This document shows, one piece after another, positions 49,375 to 57,848 of a stretch of 64,000 nt of DNA. Location of the stretch: assembly GCA_964291395.2 (NCBI GenBank), contig OZ219856.1, positions 672,001 to 736,000 on the forward strand, written 5' to 3'. How positions within the stretch are numbered: the stretch's first letter is position 1; each line of letters begins with the position of its first letter. This DNA is from Alphaproteobacteria bacterium (GTDB lineage Bacteria; Pseudomonadota; Alphaproteobacteria; UBA2966). The notes under the pieces are model-generated. The model was not told where the DNA came from. It did no database searches and saw only the letters and a list, made by a program, of their open reading frames with translations. The translations under genes and the position numbers were made by a program.

Positions 49375-50175
49375 ATGAACCGTGTCGACGGAAAAGTCGC
49401 CATCGTCACGGGGGCCGGCAAGGGCATCGGCCGTGCGACGGCGGAACTGTTGGCCGAATGCGGTGCCAAGGTCCTGGCGACCGACGTCCTCGATGCCGAA
49501 GTCGAGGAAACGGTCGAGCGGATCAGGGCGCGGGGCGGGGAGGCCCGGGGCCTTCGTCACGACGTCACGAACGAGGACGATTGGACCGCAGCCGTCGATG
49601 CGGCCGTGAACGGTCTCGGCGGCTTCGAGGTGCTGGTCAACAACGCCGGCGCGTTTCTCCAAAAATCCATCGAGGAGACTACCTTCGAGGAGTACGACCA
49701 CATCATGCGGGTCAACGTCTGGGGGTTGATGCTCGGCACCAGGTTCGCCATGAGCTCGATGAAGGAGCGCATTTCGGCGGACGGTCCGGCGGGCGCGATC
49801 GTCAACCTGGTATCGACGGCCTCGATCAAGGGCTCACCCTTCGGCTCCGCCTACGCGACGTCGAAGGGGGCCGTCCGGGTGTTCACGAGGTGCGCGGCCC
49901 GGGAGATCGCGGCGCTCGGCTACAACATCCGCGTCAACGGCATCTACCCCGGGATCATCGATACGGAGATGGGCGCCGCCGCCATGAAGCGGGCCGCCGA
50001 CGCCGCCGGCGAAGGCGCGAACCGGGCGCGCGAGATCGGGGCGAAACTTCACCTCATCGAGCGCTTGGGCACGGTGGAAGACATCGCCAAGGGCATCGTC
50101 TTCCTCGCGTCCGAGGACGCCTCCTTCATCACCGGGACCGAATTCGTCGTCGATGGGGGCTTCTTGCTCAAGTGA
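49375..50175 (+). CDS. Short-chain dehydrogenase/reductase
   Basis: TGAGKGIG, NNAG, YATSK, DGGF. Confidence 0.95.
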   Translation: MNRVDGKVAIVTGAGKGIGRATAELLAECGAKVLATDVLDAEVEETVERIRARGGEARGLRHDVTNEDDWTAAVDAAVNGLGGFEVLVNNAGAFLQKSIEETTFEEYDHIMRVNVWGLMLGTRFAMSSMKERISADGPAGAIVNLVSTASIKGSPFGSAYATSKGAVRVFTRCAAREIAALGYNIRVNGIYPGIIDTEMGAAAMKRAADAAGEGANRAREIGAKLHLIERLGTVEDIAKGIVFLASEDASFITGTEFVVDGGFLLK

Positions 50176-50339
50176 ATGACGGGGGCCGGGTCCGAACCCC
50201 ATTCCTCGCCAAACTTGTCGGAGGCCATGAGTTGTCAGGGGACAGGTCAGCCGAGAGATGATCAACCCTGCGCGACGGTCGCAGGTGTGGCATGGAAAAA
50301 GGCAAGCCTCAAAGCAGGAAACTGAAAACTGTAACGACC

Positions 50340-50637
50340 GATTATCGGCAAGCGTTGCCGCGGGATCTCTCTTCGGTCTACTGCAGGAACGTCAACATGG
50401 ATTAGCGATTTTGCTTTTATCAATCGTGGCGAATAATGCGACTTTGTGGTCATGTATGCATCTGCCGCACCGCGCGCGCGCGACGTCATCGATCTGGTCA
50501 GCCTCTCGAAGCGGCATCATTCACCCGTCCGAGCGCGATCGGCTCCTTGCTGTCTCGGCGGCTGTGCGCCAGGCGCTCGAGCCGCCTTGCGGCCGGACAT
50601 CGCTAGCCCCGCGCGCATGTTCTACGTCATCGTGCCG
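50340..50637 (+). repeat. Degenerate copy of AbiEi promoter and 5' end
   Basis: Aligns with about 50775-51080 (GAATAATGCGACTTTGT, CATGTATGCATCTGCCGCACCGCGCGCGCGC, TTCTACGTCATCGTGCCG) with many indels. Confidence 0.8.
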
Positions 50638-50883
50638 ACACGAACTTGCTTCGGGGCCATGAGTTCATAGGCGGCACAGGTCAGTCGGGTCGAGAGATGG
50701 ACAACCCTGCGGAGGGTCCGCAGGCGTGCATGGAAGGGGGAAAGGCAGCGGAGAAAGCACCGGAACCGAAGATTGTCGACCGATATCTCGAGTTGCCATG
50801 CGGGAGCTTCGGTCTACGGCAGGACCGCGCAGATTACGATTTTGCTTTTATAACGTGACGAATAATGCGACTTTGTCAGTGTC

Positions 50884-51706
50884 ATGTATGCATCTGCCGC
50901 ACCGCGCGCGCGCAACGTCATCGCCGATCTGGTCGCCGGAGCGGCCGGCATCACTTCACCTCGTCCGAGCTTCGCTCGGCCCTTGGGGTCTCCGAGGCGG
51001 CTGTGCGCCAGGCGCTGAGCCGCCTTGCGGCCAAGGGGGAGATCGCTAGCCCCGCGCGGGGGTTCTACGTCATCGTGCCGCCCGAGTACAGGCGGCTCGG
51101 CTGCCTGCCGGCGGATCAGTTCATACCGTTGCTGATGGAGCACTGGGGCGCTCGCTACTACGTGGGCCTCCTCTCGGCAGCGCAATTTCACGGCGCGGCC
51201 CATCATCGCCCGCAGGAATTCCAGGTGGTGGTGGAGAAGAACCGGCCGGCGATAATTTGCGGGGCCGTCCACGTCGCCTTCGTCGCGCGCCGGAACCTCG
51301 ATGCGGTGCCGGTCGAGACGTTCAACAATCCGCGCGGAACCGTTCTTGTCTCGACCGTGGAAGCGACGGCGGTCGACCTCGTCGGATACTTGCGTCGCTC
51401 CGGAGGCGTGGACCGGGTGGCGGGCATACTTTCCGAGCTCAGCGAGGACATGGACCCGGAGCGTCTCGTCGAGGCTTCGAATTCAGCGTCGATCCTCTGG
51501 GCGCAGCGTCTGGGCTACCGGGATCTGGAGCATGTTGGGGCCGGAGACAGAGCGGTGCTGCTCAAGGAGCATGTGCGGCGGCGCGCGCTACAAACTACAC
51601 GAAGCTGGCGGCTGCCCGGCGCGGGACACCGCGGATGCGCCGTTCGGTCGACAGGACTGCTCAGGCGGGGTTCGTGAACGCAAGCATCGACTGCGCGGAT
51701 GCGTGA
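50884..51706 (+). pseudogene. Type IV TA antitoxin AbiEi family, frameshifted
   Basis: HFTSSE, PARGFYVIVPPEY, YYVGLLSAAQFHGAAHHRPQ, STVEATAVDLV; ATG and C-terminus out of frame. Confidence 0.82.
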
Positions 51707-51780
51707 TCCGAGCAGGGATTACATCACCCAGTGGCGGGCGCAGGCACCCTGGAACGAGGACTTCGCATGGTCGAGCACGG
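51703..51780 (+). pseudogene. AbiEii nucleotidyltransferase toxin N-terminal remnant
   Basis: GTGA overlap; RDYITQWRAQAPWNEDF then homology lost. Confidence 0.65.
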
Positions 51781-52039
51781 AACACATCGTCGTCAGAGTC
51801 CAACGCGGCTCCAGCGGCCCTTCAACGCCGCCGGTTTCTCGCCGGGCCAGGGGCGGATATCTCCATCCGTGAGCACCTTTAAACGCTGGACCACTGAGCA
51901 CGTCCCATCCTACCGGAGCGTAAGGGGCGCGCGGCCTTGACTCGCGCCGGGTGCCTCAACACACTGCGCCGGCCCTCCCGGAGCGGCTCTTTCACCCCCG
52001 GTCCAAGCCCCGAGACCCCGGCAACGCGGAGATCGAACC

Positions 52040-52444
52040 ATGGCCGACGGCAACGCCATTCAGCCGCCATTGAAGGCGTACGAGGACGCTCTCGGCAGGG
52101 GCGAGATCATCTATCAGGCGTGTGGCGACTGCGGGCACGTGGCGTTCTATCCGCGCCTCATCTGCCCGGAATGCGGATCCGCGAACGTCGAGTATCGGCC
52201 GAGCGCGGGAAAGGGGGAAGTGTACACGCGTACCGTCGTCCATTCGCGCGGCCGGGATCCCTACAACGTCGTGCTCATCGACATGGACGAGGGATTTCGC
52301 ATCATGAGCACGGTGGAGGACGCGCCCAACGACGACGTGCAGATCGGCATGCGCGTCGAACTGAAGACCGTCTACCCGGTCGAGGACGCCAACGCCAAGG
52401 CGGGCCGGCTGCCCAAGCACGTCTTCAAGCCCGAGGGCAGTTGA
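52040..52444 (+). CDS. DUF35 Zn-ribbon/OB-fold protein
   Basis: CGDCG, CPECG, IDMDEGFRIM. Confidence 0.92.
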   Translation: MADGNAIQPPLKAYEDALGRGEIIYQACGDCGHVAFYPRLICPECGSANVEYRPSAGKGEVYTRTVVHSRGRDPYNVVLIDMDEGFRIMSTVEDAPNDDVQIGMRVELKTVYPVEDANAKAGRLPKHVFKPEGS

Positions 52445-53598
52445 TGAGCGCCGGTCTCCGGGGCAAGGCCTGCGTCGTCGCCGTCGCCGAGTCCGACCTG
52501 GGCGAGGTGGGGCCGCACCTGTCGGCCGCCGACCTCATGGCACAGGCGCTCGACCGTGCGCTCGCCGAATGCGGCCTGACGAAGGCGGATGTCGACGGCC
52601 TCTTCTCGTCGTCCGCCTATTACCAGATGGCTTCGGTGGAACCGGCCGAATATCTGGGCGTTCGTCCCCGCTATACCGACAGCACGACGCTCGGCGGGTC
52701 GTCCTTCGTCTCGCACCTGCTCCACGCGGCGGTTGCCCTGAATCAAGGCGCCTGCGACGTCGCGGCCATCCTGTACGGCAGCACCCAGCGCTCGGATTCG
52801 GGCCGACTCGTCTCGACCGCGAACTGGCTGCCTTACGAACGGCCATACGAGCCGCGCATGCCGGTCAGCATGTACGCCATGGTGGCCCAGCGGCACATGC
52901 ACGAGTTCGGCACCACGCGCGAACAGCTCGCCGAGGTGGCGATCCAGGCCCGCCGATGGGCGCAGCTCAACCCGAAGGCGTTTGCCCGCGATCCGCTGAC
53001 CATGGAGGAGGTGTGCGGCGCCCGCGTGATCTCGGAGCCTTTCACGTCGCGTGACTGCTGTCTCGTCACCGACGGCGGCGGCGCCGTGATCATGACCCGG
53101 CCCGACCGCGCCAGGGATCTCGAGCGGAAACCGGTCTATCTGCTGGGGGCGGGCGAAGCGCACTGGCATCGGCACATCTCGCAGATGCCCGAGCTCACGA
53201 CCACGGCGGCCACCGAGTCCGGCGAGCGGGCCTTCGAGATGGCCGGCCTGCGGCCCTCCGACGTCGACGTCTTCGAGCTCTACGACGCCTTCACCATCAG
53301 CCCGATCATCTTCCTCGAGGATCTGGGCCTGTGCGCCAAGGGCGAGGGCGGTCCCTTCACGTCGGACGGAAACATCGGTCCGGGCGGCAAGTGCCCGGTC
53401 AACACGAACGGCGGCGGACTGTCCTACTGCCATCCGGGCATGTACGGCATCTTCACGATCATCGAAGCCGTGCGGCAGGTGCGCGGCGAATGCGGCGAGC
53501 GCCAGGTCGACGGCGCGCGCGTCGCCCTGGCGCACGGCAGCGGCGGGGTGTTCTCGACCCAGGTCACGAGCATCTTCGGCGGGCCGGAAACGGTCTGA
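52444..53598 (+). CDS. Thiolase-like (SCP2-type) protein 1
   Basis: AESDLG, DCCLVTDGGGA, LYDAFT, NTNGGGLSYCHPGMYG. Confidence 0.92.
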   Translation: MSAGLRGKACVVAVAESDLGEVGPHLSAADLMAQALDRALAECGLTKADVDGLFSSSAYYQMASVEPAEYLGVRPRYTDSTTLGGSSFVSHLLHAAVALNQGACDVAAILYGSTQRSDSGRLVSTANWLPYERPYEPRMPVSMYAMVAQRHMHEFGTTREQLAEVAIQARRWAQLNPKAFARDPLTMEEVCGARVISEPFTSRDCCLVTDGGGAVIMTRPDRARDLERKPVYLLGAGEAHWHRHISQMPELTTTAATESGERAFEMAGLRPSDVDVFELYDAFTISPIIFLEDLGLCAKGEGGPFTSDGNIGPGGKCPVNTNGGGLSYCHPGMYGIFTIIEAVRQVRGECGERQVDGARVALAHGSGGVFSTQVTSIFGGPETV

Positions 53599-53610
53599 CG
53601 CGATGTCCGG

Positions 53611-54765
53611 ATGAACGAGGATCTGCGGGGCAGGGCCTGTATCGTCGGCGTCGCCGAGTCGGACCTCGGCGCGGTCGGCGAGGGCGTCACGCCGCTCGAC
53701 CTGCAGGCCCAGGCCATGGTCCGGGCCCTCGATGAAGCCGGTCTGAGGAAATCGGACGTCGACGGTCTCTTCTCGGCCTCCGTCTATTACCAGATGGCCT
53801 CGGTCGAGGTGGCCGAATACCTCGGCATCCAGCCGCGCTACACGGACTCGACGACCGTCGGCGGCTGCTCCTTCATCGTGCATCTGCATCACGCCGCCAC
53901 GGCGCTGTCGGCGGGCGCCTGCGACGTGGCTCTGATCCTCTACGGCTCGACCCAGCGGTCCGGGGCGGGCGGTTTCACGACCAACGCCAATCCGTCCCCT
54001 TACGAGGTCGCTTACGGCCCGCGCATGCCGATCAGCATGTACGCCATGTCCGCGGCGCGGCACATGCACCGGTACGGCACCACGCGGGAGCAGCTTGCCG
54101 AGGTGGCCGTGCAAACGCGCGCCTGGGCGCGGATGAACCCCAAGGCCTTCATGCGCGATCCCCTGACCGTGGATGAGGTTCTCGACGCGCGCATGATCTC
54201 CGAGCCCTTCACCCTGCTCGATTGCTGCGTCGTCACCGACGGAGGCGGGGCCGTCATCGTCACCCGGCCCGACCGGGCCAAGGACCTGCGGCAGGAGCCG
54301 GTCTACCTGCTCGGCGCCGGCGAGGCGCACTGGCACCGGCACATCCACCAGATGCCGGACCTGACGGTCACCGCGGGAATCGATTCGGGGAGACGTGCCT
54401 TCGAGATGGCGGGGCTGACGCCCAAGGACGTGGACGTCTGCCAACTCTACGACGCCTTCACCATCTTTCCCGTCATGCATCTCGAGGATCTCGGGTTCTG
54501 CGAGAAAGGGGAGGGCGGACCGTTCGTTTCGGGAGGACGCATCGGCCCCGGTGGGGACTGCCCCGTCAACACCAACGGGGGCGGCATGAGCTACTGCCAT
54601 CCCGGCATGTACGGCATCTTCACGATCATCGAGGCGACGCGACAGCTTCGGGATCAAGGGGAGGACCGCCAGGTCGACGGTGCGGAGGTCGCCGTCGCGC
54701 ACGGCGTCGGCGGGGTGTGGTCGGCCGCCGCGACCTCGATCCTGGGGACCGCGGCGACTCTATGA
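53611..54765 (+). CDS. Thiolase-like (SCP2-type) protein 2, tandem paralog
   Basis: AESDLG, DCCVVTDGGGA, LYDAFT, NTNGGGMSYCHPGMYG. Confidence 0.92.
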   Translation: MNEDLRGRACIVGVAESDLGAVGEGVTPLDLQAQAMVRALDEAGLRKSDVDGLFSASVYYQMASVEVAEYLGIQPRYTDSTTVGGCSFIVHLHHAATALSAGACDVALILYGSTQRSGAGGFTTNANPSPYEVAYGPRMPISMYAMSAARHMHRYGTTREQLAEVAVQTRAWARMNPKAFMRDPLTVDEVLDARMISEPFTLLDCCVVTDGGGAVIVTRPDRAKDLRQEPVYLLGAGEAHWHRHIHQMPDLTVTAGIDSGRRAFEMAGLTPKDVDVCQLYDAFTIFPVMHLEDLGFCEKGEGGPFVSGGRIGPGGDCPVNTNGGGMSYCHPGMYGIFTIIEATRQLRDQGEDRQVDGAEVAVAHGVGGVWSAAATSILGTAATL

Positions 54766-54790
54766 CGGCGGCTTCCGGTTGACTCGGGCC

Positions 54791-55507
54791 ATGGACGGAC
54801 GCCGGCCGCGAGCCTTGATGTGTTGGAGCAGCGGCAAGGATAGCGCTTGGGCTCTGCACGTCCTGCGCGGCCAGGGCGACGTCGAGGTGGCGGGGCTTCT
54901 GACGACCGTCAACCGGACGGCGGGCCGCGTGGCGATGCACGGGGTGCGCGAACGGCTCCTGGAACTCCAGGCCGAGGCCTTGGGACTGCCGCTGATCCGG
55001 GTCCCTGTCCCCGAAAAATGCTCCAACGAACACTACGAAGGCGCGATGGCCGCGGCGCTGGGGCAGGCCAAGAGCGACGGGGTGTCGGCGGTGGTCTTCG
55101 GAGACCTGTTTCTGGAAGACATCCGCCGCTATCGGGAGCAACAGCTCGCGGCCCTCGGTCTCAAGCCTCTGTTCCCGATCTGGGGCCGGGACACCGCCCG
55201 TCTCGCGCGCAAGATGATCCGTGCTGGACTCCGCGCCCGGCTGACCTGCCTCGACCCCAAGGCGTTGGACCCCTCTTTCGCCGGCCGGACCTACGATCAC
55301 GCCCTGATCGACGCGCTGCCCGACGGCGTCGACCCGTGCGGCGAGAACGGCGAGTTTCATACCTTCGCCTATCGCGGGCCGATGTTCGCGAACGAGATCG
55401 GCGTGCGTGCCGGCACGGTCGTCGAACGTGACGGCTTCGTATTCGCCGATCTCCTGCCTGCCGATGAAGCCGCGACCGCGAACGCGGGAACGGCGGCGGC
55501 GCTGTAG
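54791..55507 (+). CDS. PP-loop ATPase, Dph6/DUF71-like adenine nucleotide alpha hydrolase
   Basis: WSSGKDS, FGDLFLEDI, DPCGENGEFHT. Confidence 0.9.
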   Translation: MDGRRPRALMCWSSGKDSAWALHVLRGQGDVEVAGLLTTVNRTAGRVAMHGVRERLLELQAEALGLPLIRVPVPEKCSNEHYEGAMAAALGQAKSDGVSAVVFGDLFLEDIRRYREQQLAALGLKPLFPIWGRDTARLARKMIRAGLRARLTCLDPKALDPSFAGRTYDHALIDALPDGVDPCGENGEFHTFAYRGPMFANEIGVRAGTVVERDGFVFADLLPADEAATANAGTAAAL

Positions 55508-55569
55508 TCGGCCGTTCCCGACCTTCAGGAGCCGTCCGATGAGCGGCCCCCGTCCGGGTTGTGGAGGGG

Positions 55570-57021
55570 CTACTCCGCGGCGACCGCCCCGGCGAAGGAC
55601 CGTTCGTAGTCCCGCATCGCGTTGCGGATGAACGTGTCGCGTTCCCCGCCTTCGTAGCGGTCGCCTTCGGCGACGATCTCGACCATCTTCCGGCACACCT
55701 CGCGGACGAGCTCGTCGTCGTCGCGGCCTTCCTGCACGGGAATCGCGAGCACCGTGTTGTTGGTGTAGCTGTAGTCGCGTTCGCCCGCGTTGGCCTTGGC
55801 GTGCATGGCGTCGGGTTGCGCGTGGGGATTCTCGCCGTTGAGGGCGCGGCGCATGTTGCGGCGGTTCATGTAGACGCCGATGTCGCCCCGCATCGGGTTC
55901 TCGAGCGCGTGCACGGCGATGGGCCGCTGGCTGACGATGGCTTCCCAGTCGCCGGGCATGCGCTGCGACACGTCGTAAGGGCGTCCCCCCGTCTGACCTT
56001 CGAGAAAGTCGATGTCGTCGTACCCGCACCGCTCCTTGCGCCCGGCGTCGAACGGATCGATCGATGCGCCGAACATGCGCCAGCCGATGATGATGTGGTT
56101 CTCGTTGTCGATCGGCACGTACCAGCGTGCCATGTGCACGCGATGGAAGAGTCGGCTGTCGCGGCCGTCTTCGAACAGGTTGGCATGGATGGTGAGATTC
56201 GGGACCACCACGTCGTTCATGCGCACCCAGATCTTGTCCGTCCCGACGCGGCGGCCGGCGATGAAGACCATCGCCGTGTCGTCGCGCACGGACGCGTATT
56301 CCATCACCGGCGTCTGGGTAAACACCGGATTGAGCGCCGTGGCGGGATAGGCGTCGTCGTCGTCGTCGCCGACCACCCGCATGCTCGCGTTGTGGAGCTG
56401 CGAGGTATGGATCTGGTCGGGGATGTTGTCGAACGCCTGCAGATAGTTGCACGGATAGACGTTGGTGAACGGAATGAGCTCGAGATCGTCGTAGGCGTCG
56501 AAGAAGTCCCATTCGGGGAATTTCGGTATCTCGTCGTAGGGGCCCATGTAGGCGAAGACGAGACCGTGACGTTCAAAGGCCGGATACGCGCCCTGGCTGA
56601 CCTTTTCGGCCAAACGCGCACCGCCGTCCGGCTCGCCCGGCACCTCTATCAACCTGCCGTCCACGTCGAACTGGAAGCCGTGGTAGCAGCAGCGGATGCC
56701 GGTCTCCTGTACGATGCCGTACTCGAGAGAGGCACCCCGGTGCGCGCAGTGGCGGTGCAGGACGCCGACCTGTCCCGACTTGTCGCGGAACGCCACGAGT
56801 TCCTCGCCCATGATCTTGATCGCCTTGGGCACGTCGGTGAGCTCTTCGGACATGCAGACCGGCTGCCAGAACCGACGCAGGAATTCCCCCATCGGCTCGT
56901 CCGGATCGGTGTGCGTCAGCTCGGGGTCTTCTGCTGGAACCTGGCGTTTCTCGTAGCCGCTGTAAGCCCTGTTGTCGTCGTGACTGAATTTGAGATGCGT
57001 GTCCTGGTCGTTCATGCTCAT
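55570..57021 (-). CDS. Rieske non-heme iron oxygenase alpha subunit (phthalate 4,5-dioxygenase-like)
   Basis: HCAHRG and CCYHG Rieske ligands; DNIPDQIHTSQLH mononuclear Fe motif. Confidence 0.92.
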   Translation of the reverse strand: MSMNDQDTHLKFSHDDNRAYSGYEKRQVPAEDPELTHTDPDEPMGEFLRRFWQPVCMSEELTDVPKAIKIMGEELVAFRDKSGQVGVLHRHCAHRGASLEYGIVQETGIRCCYHGFQFDVDGRLIEVPGEPDGGARLAEKVSQGAYPAFERHGLVFAYMGPYDEIPKFPEWDFFDAYDDLELIPFTNVYPCNYLQAFDNIPDQIHTSQLHNASMRVVGDDDDDAYPATALNPVFTQTPVMEYASVRDDTAMVFIAGRRVGTDKIWVRMNDVVVPNLTIHANLFEDGRDSRLFHRVHMARWYVPIDNENHIIIGWRMFGASIDPFDAGRKERCGYDDIDFLEGQTGGRPYDVSQRMPGDWEAIVSQRPIAVHALENPMRGDIGVYMNRRNMRRALNGENPHAQPDAMHAKANAGERDYSYTNNTVLAIPVQEGRDDDELVREVCRKMVEIVAEGDRYEGGERDTFIRNAMRDYERSFAGAVAAE

Positions 57022-57184
57022 CCGGCTCGCCTCCGATGCCTCGTGCCTGCGCCCACCATCACTACGTCAATAATACTGACCTTGTTGAAAATATAGCACA
57101 ATTCGGATCGGGAACCAAACAAATCAGTGCAAATCCGGTACAGCGGACCGGTGCCGACCCGACCGGATACCGTGCCCGCCGGGA

Positions 57185-57670
57185 TCACCCCGCGGGGTCG
57201 ATCCACATCAGCGGCTGGCCGGCCTTTACCTGCGCCTCGTTCTCGGCGCAGATCCCGGTGACGGTCCCCGCGACGCCTGCGGGAACGGAGTTGAAGAGCT
57301 TCATCACGTCGACCAGGCACACGGTGTCGCGGGCGTTCACTTCACTGCCCACCTCGACGAAAGGCGGCGCGTCCGGCGAGGGAGCGCGATAGAACGTACC
57401 CGTCATCGGACAGTCGACGCTGACCAGCCCCTCTCGGGGAGGAACCGCGGCCGGTGCCTCCGGAAGTGCCGGCGTCTGTCCGTCGACGGCCGCGGACTCG
57501 GCGGTCCCGGCGGCGACCGTCTTGAGCGGCGGGGATGGTGCCGGCTCGCCGCCCGCCGTCGCGTCCACCTCGAGGAGCACGTCGTCCTGTTCATAGCGAA
57601 AGCGTTGGTAACCGAGTTCGTCCAGCGTGCGCAGAATTTCGATCACGTCCTTGGCCGACAACGCCATCAC
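57185..57670 (-). CDS. Biotin carboxyl carrier protein
   Basis: CPMTGTFYRAPSP, DVMKLF. Confidence 0.92.
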   Translation of the reverse strand: MMALSAKDVIEILRTLDELGYQRFRYEQDDVLLEVDATAGGEPAPSPPLKTVAAGTAESAAVDGQTPALPEAPAAVPPREGLVSVDCPMTGTFYRAPSPDAPPFVEVGSEVNARDTVCLVDVMKLFNSVPAGVAGTVTGICAENEAQVKAGQPLMWIDPAG

Positions 57671-57843
57671 GGGGTCTCCACCGCCGGCTCCGGGAGGGCT
57701 TCCACCGCCGGCCCGTCGGATTCCTTTTCGACACGGATCTCCATATCGCCCTGCGCCAACCTCAGCCTGCCGCGCTGCGGCCCGTCGATGAGCGCGAGGA
57801 TCGTCGCGACGTCACGATAGGTGAGGGGCGCGTCGTCGGACAC
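57667..57843 (-). CDS. Small protein resembling a stand-alone BCCP N-terminal domain
   Basis: LTYRDVATILALIDG...LRLAQGDMEIRVEK parallels LSYTDVLDILEIVDG and LSAKDVIEILRTLDE; overlaps next start. Confidence 0.6.
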   Translation of the reverse strand: MSDDAPLTYRDVATILALIDGPQRGRLRLAQGDMEIRVEKESDGPAVEALPEPAVETP

Positions 57844-57848
57844 GGGAT

